Source: Psammoneis japonica | Taxonomy: Eukaryota | Assembly: GCA_008632985.1 (NCBI GenBank) | Contig: QPGO01000035.1 | Coordinates: 359,899 to 423,898 of the forward strand | DNA: 64,000 nt | Direction: 5' to 3' | Shown: positions 27,341-40,500 of the stretch, piece by piece | How positions within the stretch are numbered: position 1 is the stretch's first letter | Layout of the letters: each line of letters starts with the position of its first letter | Notes under the pieces: generated by a model | Seen by the model: the letters and a program-made list of their open reading frames with translations, nothing else | The model's database searches: none | Told to the model about the DNA's origin: nothing | Translations under genes and position numbers: made by a program

Positions 27341-27644
27341 TCATCATGTGCTTGCATCAAAAATGCCAACAGATCAAAGTTCAGGAAAAGGATGGAATAA
27401 AAATTCATTTGTGCATTCATTGGTGGCATTGGCGCAATGACATTTGCGGCAGAAGCGATCAAAAATCCTTGCCCATTGTTGACATTTCTGCATTGCTCAG
27501 AATTTGAAATCTGACCACTGCCGTCAAGCACTCAGCTTTCTTTGTGTCAAAGTGGAAATGACACTTGACAATTTGCACTGGCCATTTGGCTTTCTTTGTG
27601 CAAAAGTGGAAATGGCGCTCTTGACGATTTGCACCAACCACTTG

Positions 27645-27920
27645 TGACAGAAAATGAAGGCAAATGGCAAGAATTCAAACAACAACTCCTTGCTGCTGTC
27701 TAAATGGCAGATGAGTCTCCGCTCAGAGACCGTCACAGGAGCCGAAAGACGTGCAAGTCGGTGTGATCGGGCTGCTGTTGTTGTTCTTGTGAGCCTTGTG
27801 GCTCGAAAGCAAACTGCATCGCGCGTGAACGCGCGGAACTAAAGCACACAAAACTGTGCACGGTAAACTAAACAGCGCGCGATGCTTCGCGCGCACCCAA
27901 ATCCTGTTCAAATCCTGTCA
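27645..27920 (-). repeat. 3' LTR of copia copy 1
   Basis: Direct repeat of 34480-34755, adjacent to ctcccc (complement of the PPT). Confidence 0.97.
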
Positions 27921-30900
27921 CTCCCCAGTTTGCTTGAGGAGCCACAGAAACAGATTCGACTTCGGATGGAATGAAGTTCCAGAACATGAGGGGGCGGAGA
28001 AGGTCCCAGATTTGGGAGTGACCCCAATGCTTGCTGAGAATGTCAGCAGGGTTGCGGGAGCCTTCGATGAAGTGGAACTCAAGGCAACCAGAGGCAATTG
28101 CCTCACGCACACGGTGGAACGACAGTGCGGTGTGTCGCTTGTGTAACTTGGAGTGCGGGATGGTGGCACTGTCTACAACCGACTTGTTGTCACCGAACAT
28201 GTGACTAACGTTACGGATCGGGACGCCAAGGCAGCGCAGGGTGATGCGCAGGTCGACAATCTGCTCAACACAAGTCCTTGCGGCAACAAATTCAGACCCG
28301 CAGGTCGCAGTCTCCATGGTGGCTTGTTTCTTAGAGAACCAATCAGCCGGAAATTTGTTGAGGAAGTGGAGCATTCCCATGACAGAGCGTCCGGTGAGCA
28401 TGCAATGGTGCAAGTTTGCATCGACGTAGTGGGTGGCAGTGACGAACTTGCCAAGGGGCGGTGGAGCATCCTTCGGGATCATCTCTTCTGCTTCACCATG
28501 CACGGAATGCATCCATTCATAGGCTGGAGCAGGGAGATCCGAACAGTCGGGCTCTTCCGTGCGAACGCGGAGAGCACCGTGTCGCATCTTGGAGAGGCAC
28601 CCACAGACGCGTTTGGCACGATCCAAGTGGCCTTGACGGGGCGCAGCTCGGAAGCTGGAGAGTGACATGACGGCCGTGGCAATGTCAATTCGACCAAGGG
28701 ACACTGCCCATTGGAGTGAACCAACAAGAGACTGGAACTTGTGAATGCCATCGGGTCCCAGCAGTTCGGAAGTGTCCAGTTCGGGGTGGTCACCCTTCTC
28801 TAGAGGTGGCAGGGCGTTGGTGGCAGGTTTCTCCCCAAACAGTCGGGCATGGCTGTCGACCATGCGCTCGATGTACTTGCGCGGAGACAGGCACAAGGTT
28901 CCGTCGGGTTCCCGGGAAAAGTTGCAACCCAGATGGAACTCAATGGGTCCCGCACCCTTGAGCTTGAACTTGTGCTTTTCTGTGAGAGTGTCGACGAAAG
29001 ATTGAGGGTCCTTCATGGCAATGGCGAGGTCATCCACATAAACGGCAATGCATTCACAGTGGTCGCCGTTCCTGCGCATCCAAATGTCGGGTTCGGCGCG
29101 GCAGGGGAAGAAGCCTTCAGCTCGCAGGCAGTCGGCGAAGCGCTCGTGCCAGCGGAGACCGGAGCTGTGCAGTCCATGCAGTGCCTTGTGGATGACAAGG
29201 ATGTGTCCTTCGAGTTTGCCGAACTCGGGTCCAGCTACAATGTAAAGCTTCTCCTTGGTGGTGGCTTCAAGGCAGGCATTGCCAATGTCGGTGGCCCATG
29301 TCTCCAACTCGTTGAGTTCGGCCAGGAAAATCATCAGCCGAAGGCCACGGAGGGAGACTACTCCGGAGTGGACACTGTCGACAGGTACGTCCGTGAGGTG
29401 CCCGTCGGCTACGAGTCGTGCCTTGTGGCGACCGTCGTGTTTCACGTCGCACACTGGGTGCACTCGGATCTTCTTGTGTCCCGCAGGAGGAGTGGAAGAC
29501 TTGAAGGGCCCGCAGTCATGGAAGACTTCGTATTCGTCAAGTTGGTCCATCTCGAGATTAGTTGCGTCTCCCCACTTGCGGTTGCCGTTGCGTTCGTCTG
29601 GTGACATGGCGTGTTTGTAGTTCCGGGGAACTTCGTGTCCATGCTTGTAGCGAGGTGCAGTGCGGAAGGAGCGAAGCTTGGCTTGGTTGGCCATGCGAAA
29701 TAGCTTCTTTTGGCGCCTCGCGATGGTGCGGAACCGCTTCCAGCCATCCGTGTCGAGGAGTCCGTTCTCTCGTGCATAGATGGCACAGGTGACGGGGTCG
29801 TCCTTGGCGATGATGGCAAGAGGCTCAGACGTGATCTCCCCACTTTCCCATTCAAGCATGATGTTGCAGCTGGAGCCTTTCCAGGTTGGGTCGTGAGGCT
29901 TCAGAGGTCCTTCGTGTGACACGATGCGTCGAAATTTCCAAACAGTGGTGTCTTCGTCTTCTTGCTCAATGTGATTCATGATGTCATTGCAGGCAAGGAC
30001 TTCCTCGTATTCGTCATTGTTGACAGAGCAGACGAACTTAGTGAGCTCGGGATTGCCGTTCACTTTCCATTCGTGGTCTTCGACGGCCTTGACGATGCGA
30101 GCTCTGTGGCGTTGTCCGTCCTCTTGTGGCTGCATGAGGAAGGTACGTCCAATGATGTCTTGCGGATCGAAAACTGGCATCTTGGGTGTCCTGATCTCCC
30201 CATCAGGAGAGTCGACGGGGTTGTCGTCATGGCGAGATTTGATGATGGGTTCAGGTGGCTCCCCATCAGGAGGATCAAGACGCAGGTTTCGAACGGCAGG
30301 ATCGGGGGTAGCGGATCGGACGTTGGACCGGTGGAGGATCTTCTGAGTCTCGTCAGATAGAATCTTGAAGGTCATCTGGTGGCCGACGTGCTCAGCAATG
30401 CCAACGAAGCGTCCACGCAACTCACGGGATTCGGACGGCCAATCAGAGTCATCGAGGTGGAAGTGCACGGGTTCCCACCAGTGAAAGCGAAGCAATGGGC
30501 TGATGTCCGGGGTGGAGCCAGTGAGAGTCTCGAGGGGCGTGCGCCAGTGGAGACGTGGGGACGCTGCATGGTTGAGTGTGAAGCACATGCACATGAGCGC
30601 CAGCAGCCACGCATGGGCAGGCGAACCAAAACGATCCATGACAGTGTTCGCCATGTGCTTCACGGTCTGGCATCGATGCTCGGCAAAGTTTTGGTGTTGC
30701 TGGTGAGGCTCACTTTGCCAGCTGGAGATGAAGAGGGCGCGTAGGATCCCGAGCACTTTGTTGCTGATCTCAACTTGAGCACGGTCGCTAATGAGTTTGG
30801 ATGGGGCACCACGTTCACGGATCTGATCCTCGAGTGTGTTGACAAACTCTTTGTCCGTCTTAGTGCCGTAGACGTCAGTGACGGTAGACTCGGTGCCAAC

Positions 30901-33538
30901 AAACAGTTGGGCGCTGGTGCAACCAGAGTCGACGGCCGGGGTGTCGGCACAAACGGTGTCAGTGGCGATGGGCTCGTTGCGGCGGTGCACATTAAGGGCG
31001 GGGTTGGGTGATTTGTGGGCCTTGCGAAGGTGTGCACCGGCGGGCATGCGGGCGCACTGCGTGGTGCAGTCAAAAGTACGACGGACCGCATCGGCAGGTG
31101 GGAAGCCAAAGCAAGGCCGAAGAGACTCGAAGGGGGGGTCCTTGGGCTGTACAGTGCGCTCCGGAGGTGGAACGTCATCGCCCTGGGGGCCAATCGCGTG
31201 CAGATGACACTCGTAGAACACGTCGTCGTTCGGAATGAGGTGATCATCGAGGGCGGACGCGTGATCGGCAGACAAGGAAGCGGACATGATGGTCTCGTTG
31301 ACAACGACACGATGACGGCAGTTGCCGCATTCGTCAAATAGGTTGGCAGTGGGATCGTCCTGTGGGTCAGAGATCGCGTCGCACCACTGGTCGTTGTCAG
31401 TGACAGAGTGATCGAGGACGGAAGGGTCCCATGTGTCATCACCCAGTGAGGATGACATGGGGCAGGGTGTCCCATTCGGCGTCAGTGCAAGGTCGCATGG
31501 CAACACAAGGCAGGCCAGCCTTGATGTCAATGGGGATGACATGGCCATCAGGAGTGGCAATGCGTTGCAAGCCGTTGGGTGCCTTGACAGAGCGATCGTT
31601 GACATCCTGTTTGCACCATTCGAGCTGGCCGCAGGAATGGATGGTCTTGCCCTTGCCCGTGCATGCGCACTGATGGAGGATGGCGATGACGGGACCACGC
31701 TGGGTCTCAACAACGGCACCAGCGGTGACAATGGGGATGTCCACCAATTGATGATCGTCAATGCCCTGAACGTCGACTTGGCGAGAGGTGCGTGCAATGA
31801 CGCGAACGTCATCGCCAGCAATGCCGCCGTTGGCCCCACGATCGACTAGAGCGCCAGTGCGTGTGGAGCGATGAGCAGAGGCAGAGCAAATGACATTGTG
31901 GTTGTCAACGCGGCGGCAAGTGCGGCCGTCAAGTTCTGTGTCATCTGCAGAAGCTGGCGGGGTAGAGGAAGCGGCGGATGGCCCCGGTCGACTGGCATTG
32001 GGGGCTTGGTTAGGAGACAACAGACGTTGCAGATCACCGGGTGGCAGTGGCTTGCGCTTGGTGAGGTGCGCCAGGATGGGATTGTCCGAAGTGGCGTCCA
32101 CATGTGGAGCGGAGTCACCAGAGTCAGCAGGAGTCGTGTTGGACAAGTTGACATCACCGTCACTCCCAAGGCGTTGGTCGTGAAGGTTGGCCGTAACAGA
32201 CTCATGGCAGTTGCTGGCTCGCGGGTTGCGGGGAGGTGGACAAGAATGCTCAAGGATGATCGCCTTGGAGGAATCGGGCAACGAATCCCAGAGCCGTTGG
32301 TGGTCGGGAGGGAGACGTCTCCATTGGACACCGGTGAGGCTGGGACCGCGGGTGCAGGCAGCATTGGCTTGAAGGACGTCAACGTCGCTGTCAATGTCGC
32401 AGAACACATCGTCGGACGGTTCCTCGGAGCAGACGTCGTGTGCGTGTGTGGCGCGTCGGGGAGCTCGAGGTGTCGTCTTGGGTTGAAACGTGCTGTCGTA
32501 CTGAGCTGCCGCGGAGAGGAGCAAGCCACAGTGTTGATCGCATGTGAGGCTCTTGCCACTCTGCGTGCGATGCTGATCAGCTTGGTTCTTGACAGCACGG
32601 AGTTCCTCGACAGGGTGCACGGCATTCTCGAGCATGACGCGCTTCTGTCCTTCAGAGAAGTGGTCACTGGCCGGGATGAGTGCCTCGCACTTGCGCAACT
32701 GATCTTGCCAATGAAGGATGAACCCGTGGGTTGGACCTTTCCAAGTGCCATCACCAAGACGCGCGGTGGTGAGGTGCGTGAGCAGGGTGGAGGACTCGAT
32801 GGATGCGCGGGTGGAGGCAAGCGCGCACTCAGACAAGGAGCGGCAGACGGTCTGTGCGTCAGAAGATCCCACATTTTCGCGAATGAGAGCCTTGCCCTTG
32901 TCGGTGAGAAGGATGCGTTCGAAGACGGCGAACATGTGCTTTTGCTGTTCAGCAAAGAGCAGTTTGTCTTCAGGGCTGGTCGGTTTGTACGACGAGTCTA
33001 GAATGCACTCGACGTCTTGGGCACGGGCTTGTGCCACAAGTGAGGTGTGCCAAGTGTGCCACTGCTTGTCGGATTTGAGAGCCGTGAAAGCGGTGGGATC
33101 ACGCTTGATGCCTTGCTTGAAGTCCCGCACCGGGTCGCGTGCCTTGGTCGGGTTGGTGACATGTGGAGGTGCAAGGGGTGAGCTGCCGATGGACACAGAA
33201 GACATGCAGTCGGGGCTGAGGCGGCAGGCAAGGAACTCGTCATGCGTGAACAAAGAGGAGTCGTTGGCAACGTCAAGACCTTTGTGTGCTTTGACAATGT
33301 ACAGACTGACTGGTGCTGCTGACATGTTCTTATAACCACGGGGCAAAGGGATCACATCAGTGCCGTTGTCGCACTCAAGCGAGTCGATTTGGGACGGCAT
33401 GAACGTGAACAGTTCCTGATGCGAGTCCGTGCCGTCTTGGGCCAAAGCCAAACGAAGAGGACTCCCAGCACCTTGGGCAAGCACGGTTCCAACCACGTGC
33501 TCGAAACCATCGGTTTGTTGCTGACGAGTGAGAACCAT
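27868..33538 (-). pseudogene. gag-pol of copy 1, +1 frameshift near 31442-31445, many Tyr->Cys/His changes
   Basis: Reads actgggtgat versus gccggtgat in copy 2. PR LVDRGANGG, IN D..D..E region (TDTV, ISDRAQ, NFAE), RT DIGNACLEA and YVDD, RH NPADILSK. Confidence 0.9.
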
Positions 33539-34479
33539 GGCAGACAAAAGTGGTGTCAGGACAATCAATTCTGGTTGGGAAGCGAAGGTAGACTCGAAAC
33601 TTGGGTGAGAACAGACTTGACTTGAAATGGACTTGACTTGAAATCTTGAACCATCTTAAAATCAGAAGTCGCCGGGCTTTGTTGTCCCATTCGTTGTTGA
33701 GTGCTAAACTTCCCATCCGGTCCGCAGAGTTGTGCCGGCACGTCCGAACCCGCAGCTGGTGGCGCTTTGGGTTGCTTGCGAGCGGAGCAGCGGGTTGTGA
33801 GCCCCTGCAGGTGAGCTGACTGGAGGTGGACAAGACCCCCGAACCATTCTTATTTTATGTCGGTTGGATTTCCCGATCAGGCTGGCCAGTTGATGCAGGC
33901 GTTGGGCGCTGTGGACGAACGAACAAACGCGGGAAAGCACCCTCGCCCCAACGTAGACTGCAATCACGGCTGCCTGCTCTGTCAGTCGTCCTCGTGGACC
34001 TGGCAGAACTGCAGAGCACCAGCAGTCCGGGGTGGATCAGGTGCAATGGACTCGGTGTGCTTGTAGAGTGGCAGCAAAACCGTGGTCCGAAGAGTGGATA
34101 AAGGTTCTTGGCCGTGAAGACATGTGCACATGTGCACATGTCTTCAGCGACTAAGATCCTTGAATGTGCAGGGTTCTTGACCGTCAACCGAGGAATGGGC
34201 ACATCAAGGGATGTTGATCAAGGATGGACTTGGATGTGACCGTTGAGTGTGAGTCTTCAGTGATCAAAGGCAGTGTGATCAATCCAGACATCCAGCGGCA
34301 AGGAGACTTGACGGTGACGTTAACTTCCTGCCGATGCCCTGGTGTTGAATGCGCGTAGACTTGCCGATGTATGTAGAACACATGCGGAGGTCCACGCAGA
34401 ATTGAAGTGGCGTCGTTGGCAAATCAACGACGACGATGGCGGTTGCTCAATGGGTTGACAATGAGCAAGACTGTTAATC

Positions 34480-34755
34480 TGACAGAAAATGAAGGCAAAT
34501 GGCAAGAATTCAAACAACAACTCCTTGCTGCTGTCTAAATGGCAGATGAGTCTCCGCTCAGAGACCGTTGCAGGAGCCGAAAGACGTGCAAGTCGGCACA
34601 ATCGGGCTGCTGTTGTCATTCTTGTGAGCCTTGTGGCTCGAAAGCAAACTACATCGCGCGTGAACGCGCGGAACTAAAGCACACAAAACTGTGCACGGTA
34701 AACTAAACAGCGCGCGATGCTTCGCGCGCACCCAAATCCTGTTCAAATCCTGTCA
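34480..34755 (-). repeat. 5' LTR of copia copy 1
   Basis: Direct repeat of 27645-27920. Confidence 0.97.
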
Positions 34756-35320
34756 ACTTGGCTTGCTTTGGCTCGAAGTCAGATGAAGAGATTGGGTTGT
34801 GGGCTTGTCGTCAACCAGCCACCAGCATGAAATCTTTGCCAAAGGTCTGCAATCACCAGCCATGAGTGGTCAATGAAAAGGTGTGACGTGTGACTCAGTG
34901 CAGACCCAGTGATCAAAATGCCGCCATTGGACGCTGCAAGCCTCAGCCCCCCACACTTCACTCTTTTGTCGAAGGCTGGCTGGCTGGGTTTGGTGCAGGT
35001 TCAGCAGAAGCACCTTCATCAATGACACAAAAGCGTTTTGCAATGACTGTGCCACCACTGACTTTTTGGCATTGAGAAACCGTGTTGCTGGCGCAGCAAG
35101 GAAAAAGATCCAAGATCTGGAATAGTTTGGGAATTTGGAATCTGGAACTTTTGTACCGCAGATTGCGCGCCTTATGCGCCACCAAACCAAGACCAAAAAA
35201 CAAAGTGTGACTCAGCTTGAGATGACAGATGAATGATGAACGACACGACCACGCAGCACGCAGCACGGAGGCTCATCCCGCCTGATGTGTTCACATTTCG
35301 CTTTCTAGCTAGACGAAGCG

Positions 35321-37209
35321 ATGATTGTAAAGGCACGACACTTGCCGTTATTGTGTTTTACTCTTTTCTGCATGACGACTCGAGTGGTATATAGCATGAC
35401 CACCACCAAGACATCGACGAGTAGTAGTAGAGGACGTCTCGTGTTTCACTGGTTTCGCAATGGTGATTTGCGACTCCACGACAATCCGGCTCTGATACAT
35501 TCGGCCAAAAAGGGTGACGTGGTGGTGCCCATTTACTGCTTTGACGACCAAACCTTTTATGGTGCATCCAACAAGACGCCAATTGGAAGTTTGAAATGTG
35601 GTGCCAAGCGAGCGAAATTTATTCGCGAGAGTGTTTGTGATTTGAGACAGCAGTTGCAGAAACGAAAGAGTGATTTGGCGGTCGTTCAAGGAAATCCGGC
35701 TACCGTCTTCGATCAGATTTTATCCAAACTTGGTGATTCCAACATGGATGTGAGCATTTCGTGTCAAGAGGAAGTGCTCAAAGAAGAAAAGGACGCCGTA
35801 AAGTCAGTGCAGACAGTGTTGAAGAGGCATCGAAAGAAATCCAAGGTGGAGGAAATTTGGGGCTCTACCATGTATGACCTTAAAGACTTGCCGTACGAAG
35901 TTGGCCTTCAAGATATGCCCGATACCTTTACCCCGTTTCGAAACAAGGTGGAAAAGAAGTCGTCGATTGGTAGGGCTTTGCCACCTCCCAAGGGCTTGAA
36001 TCTTCCAGCTCCTGACTCTGTCGAATACAAGGCCATCGCCGAGTGCTTGTCAAACTCCATTCCAACTCTTGGTGAGTTAGGCTACACTGACGAGCAGGTG
36101 AAGCATGCCGAGATGTATGATGAAAGGGGTGTCATGAATTTCAAGGGCGGTGAAACTGCCGCTTTGGCGCGAGTCAAGGACTACATTTGGGACAAGGATC
36201 TTCTCAAAGTATACTTTGAAACAAGAAACGGCATGCTCGGAGCTGACTATTCCACAAAGTTCAGTCCCTGGCTTGCACACGGATGTCTATCTCCACGAGA
36301 AATAGTTAAAGAGTGTCAAAAATACGAGGAACAGCGGGTTGCTAACAAGTCTACGTACTGGGTAGTCTTCGAATTACTATGGCGGGACTTTTGCAAGTTC
36401 TTTTGCGTCAAGCATGGCGACACTGTCTTTTTTCCGGGTGGTACGGCAGGAAAAGACAAAAAGTGGTCCACCTATAAGCAAAATTTTGACGCGTGGACGG
36501 AGGGCAAGACAGGATATCCACTTGTGGACGCCAATATGCGTGAAATGAAAGCAACGGGTTTCATGTCAAATCGCGGTCGTCAAAATGTAGCTTCGTTTCT
36601 CGCGATCGATTTATCTCATGACTGGAGGATGGGTGAGTGCTAATTGTTTATTTATACGTCATTGACGAGACTGAAACTTACCTCGCTCTTCGCCTTCTCC
36701 AGGAGGTGACTGGTTTGAGAGCAACCTAATTGACTACGACGTCTATTCGAACTGGGTGGTAAGTAGGGATTCTTCTGAAGGACGACATTTAACTGTTTTG
36801 CCTATTCCAACTCACCTGATAACTTTGCTCTTCCCATTATAAGAATTGGTGTGCCGCAGCTGGCATGACGGGAGGACGCTTGAATCGATTCAACATTGTG
36901 AAGCAAAGCAAGGATTACGACCAGCATGGAGAATACGTGAGGCATTGGCTGCCAGAGCTGAAGAACGTACCAACTCAGTTTGTGCATGAGCCATGGAAAA
37001 TGAGCCAAGCCGACCAAGCCAAGTTTGGTGTCCGCCTTGGAGTGGATTATCCCCAACCAATCATTCCGCCGTTTCAACCCAAATACCAACAAGGTGGTGG
37101 GGGAGGAAGGAACAAGCAGCGAAAATCAAACAAGAATGGCAACCGCAACCGCCATCAGAAATATGAAATGAAAAGCTTGAAACAAGGTGGATATAAGGCC
37201 CAGAACTAA
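35321..37209 (+). CDS. Cryptochrome DASH (photolyase/cryptochrome family), 3 exons: 35321-36632, 36703-36758, 36844-37209
   Basis: WFRNGDLRLHDNPAL, YFETRNGMLGADYSTKFSPWLA, TGYPLVDANMRE..TGFMSNRGRQNVASFL. GT-AG splicing restores [25 protein letters not shown]. Confidence 0.93.
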
Positions 37210-37505
37210 TATCAAGCCTAAAGAAACAGACACTCTTGCTAAACCAAAATGCCACCTCTTACAGTGTTACAAAAATACTTTAGGTTGAGTTGGTAGGGCC
37301 TGAGCTAGAGAAATACCGTAGTACCTGCGGTGTCATCATGCTTATGTTCGTTTGGCAGTTTGAATTTCCAACAACAGTTTCCGTGCGTATCAACGTTCGT
37401 GTTATTTTCTTGAGCACAAACAACAAACAAACGATGAGGAAATGGGAATGAGGAAGCATACTTTCAACTTGCGCCGTCGCCCGTCGCGTCGTCTAATGCA
37501 TCAAA

Positions 37506-40500
37506 ATGCAACGTGCTAGACTGAATGCTGCTCGTCGAAGAAGACTGTCGTCCTCACAGAATAGAGGGTTGAGCCCAACAGCGAGCGAAGTTGTACTAGA
37601 ACCGTTTGCAGATCGCCCGCCGAGAATGGCACGGAAAGCAAAGAATGACATGCCAAAGAAGGACAGCAATCCTCCGACAAAGCCAGTTCCGCCTTCTTTG
37701 GAGCCATACGTGACAAAGTTGGAACGGTTTGAGTTGTTCAGTACAAATCAGTGTTACTATCTGGTGGCATGTGATAAACACAACAAAGCATACCGTGTTC
37801 TGAAGATGGATCGCACCCTGATTGAGCGTCCGCCAGAAGAAGTTTACGAGCGTGAGAGTCAGCCACCGCCACAGCAACAACAGGATCAAGCACAGCAACA
37901 ACAACTAGATGTACTTCAATCTCAGGGTAGCTATGCGCAGAGTGAATCTTCCGCAAACACAACTAGCAACGTAAACAGCGTCGCAGCCATGGAGGCATCA
38001 CACAATCCGAAACCAACGCTACGGCCACTGTCTGATTTTCTAACCGAGGATCCGCAAACCTATACTCAAGAAGAAATTCAAGACATGCTGGACATGATTC
38101 ATCATGGAAATAGGCTCATGCGTCAGGATGGGAAGGGAGGAGAATCGCACGGAGACAATGGTGGCGGACTCAAGCCGATAGCCAAGGCGTATGGGATTGT
38201 AGGCTTTATTCGATTTCTGGATTGCTATTACCTTACGCTTATTACGAAACGAATCAAGGTCGGAAGCATTGGTGGAAATAGCGTTTATACCATCAAGGTA
38301 ATCACCTTATTCGCGGACTCTTGCGCAACTTCCTTGTGAGCTCTAACCGAATCATTTCTATCCCTCTATCCTCCCAACAGCTTACAGAGACGTTTCCTCT
38401 CAAACCGGCAGAGCGCGGTCCTGGAGAGGCTTATGGAGGTGACATACATTCAAAGGACCCATCTGCCATGCTTCTAAACATGTGGAATCGAGGGAAGCGC
38501 AGCGTGGGCCTTGGATTGACCAACCGAGAGATTGCAGAGCTTCGCTATCAGGGGCTTTACCAGGTTGTGGATTTGCAAAAGAACTTTTACTTTTCGTACA
38601 CGTACGATTTGACAAGGAGTTTGCAAGAGAATTTCTTGGCCACGGTGTCTCAGCCATATCCACCTGCTCCATTCAAAGAAATGTACGCTTGGAACTTCTT
38701 TTTGACAAAGGAATTGGAAGAAAGTACCAACTCTATGACGAACCATCATTGGATCATGCCCATCATCCATGGCGCTTTTGTCCAGCGTAAGCTGAACGAC
38801 TATGGTCGGTCTCTCAATCTGATTCTTTTGGCCCGCCGCTCTCGGCATTTTGCTGGTACGTATCAGTTGTGATTGGAATTTGCCTTCCCACTTGCTGTCT
38901 CATTTCATTTAGCGCCCATCTCATTTTATTGTAGGGACACGGTACTTAAAACGCGGTGTCAGTGATCGTGGAAAAGTAGCAAATGATGTGGAACACGAGC
39001 AGATTGTTCATGATGAGTCAAGTTGGGCCGGCCAGGGAAGTTTCTCTTCCTTTATACAGGTACGCGGATCAATCCCGACCTATTGGACCCAAGAGAGCAG
39101 CGTCACCATGCCCAAGCCTCCCATTGAGTTGAACCGAGTCGATCCTACTTACCAAGCAACACAAGCTCACTTTGAGGATCTGTTTCAGCGATATGGGAGT
39201 CCACTTGTCGTCGTAGACCTCGTGAAGCAAAGCGAGAAGAGAGAGCGCGAGGTGCGTGTCGGCAACGAGTTTCGACACGGCATTGACTACATCAACACAC
39301 ACATTGATGATGCCCATAAGATCCGATACTGCGCGCTTGATTATAGCCATATCAGTAAGCACCGTCACTTGGATGTCAGCACCTCGTTAAATGAGGTTTC
39401 CACTTGGGCTGTCAATCAGACAGGCTTTTTCTGCAGTGCTCCACGGTGGAAGATCATGGAAGGTGGAAGGGTGGAGCCCTTTGACGACGAGAACACTCGT
39501 GATGCTGCACTGCTATCCCAGCACCTGGGCGTGACCGTGTTTCCAATGGAACAGAGAGGCGTTCTTCGAACAAACTGCATTGAGTAAGTGCGTCCGTGCG
39601 CAATATCGATGTCGTGTCCGTTCGTCTCATCTAATTGGTTCTTGGCTTTCTCTGTCATCGAATTCATTATTTGCAGTTGCCTAGATAGGACAAACGTGGC
39701 TCAGTTCAGCGCTGGCGTTGAAGCTCTTGAGCAACAACTGGTCGTTATGGGTATTCGAAGCTCAGCAACACTCGATCCGTCGTCAAACATTATCCGAGTC
39801 CTCATCGATATGTACGTTGAGATTGGAGACCATATTGCGCTTCAATACGGCGGATCTGAAGCTCACAAGAAAGTGAATGCTGCGCAATCAGAATCCAATA
39901 TCCCAGGGCCAATGGGAAAGGTAAGCGTAATTTGCGCTTAGCTATCCTTTCCTGGATTTGCCACTCATCTCGTGTTCTTCATCTCTGTATTGCTTTAGCA
40001 CAAAGAGTTGTTGACTTCCATCAGAAGATACTACAGCAATGCATTCACTGACAGAATGAAGCAAGATGCGATGAATCTCTTCTTGGGTTATTACATTCCA
40101 TACCGTCATAAAGTGCCGCTGTGGGAGCAAGAAACGGACTACTATTTGCACAATTTCCATGTGAGAGCTGGCCGGGGTACACGTCATTCTATGAAGACGC
40201 ACCAACGCGTCTTTGGTGTCGATTTTAAGGATGATGTTGACAAATTTGATAAACCTGGAAGTTCGAATCAGAATGATTTAAAGTACGGGGACGAGGAAGA
40301 ATATGATGAACCACAGAAGATTGCAAAGATACGACGGCAGTGCAATGCTCAAAATGATGCTCTCTCAGTGTGGTGGAAGGTAGCCATTCAGTCAAACTTT
40401 CAGCAACGAATGTGGATGCAACTTAGTCACGGCAATTCAGAATCGTGTTTACCTCCTCGTTTTGAACGCATGTACCCACCGGATAAACTCGATCAGTTTG

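Larger units (their letters stand above)
27645..34755 (-). mobile_element. Full-length Ty1/copia LTR retrotransposon (CoDi-like), copy 1, 7111 bp, TSD ACTTG
   Basis: 276-bp TG...CA LTRs; acttg at 27640-27644 and 34756-34760; domain order gag-PR-IN-RT-RH; purine tract next to the 3' LTR. Confidence 0.97.
7840..35110. other. TpA-depleted, TG/CA-rich transposon domain (similar domains at about 1-5470 and 49530-60820)
   Basis: TA dinucleotides are nearly absent over kilobases, and CG is also rare outside the young copia copies. All six frames are full of Cys/His/Gln-rich ORFs. Judged by eye. Confidence 0.9.

Noticed and set aside
1..27640. Hundreds of 60-360 aa ORFs, such as 16278-17372, as host genes
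   Set aside because: They overlap in all frames, lack Tyr, are Cys/His-rich, and are explained by stop-codon loss in decayed TE DNA.
31439..31450. Programmed ribosomal frameshift in copy 1
   Set aside because: Copy 2 is continuous here, so this is a 1-nt insertion or a sequencing error.
28153..33339. Long antisense and alternate-frame ORFs inside the copia copies
   Set aside because: By-products of TAA/TAG depletion and high GC; no motifs.
27645..34755. CpG deamination as the only cause of TG/CA excess in the young copies
   Set aside because: These copies remain CG-rich, and the affected codons map to Tyr, not Arg.
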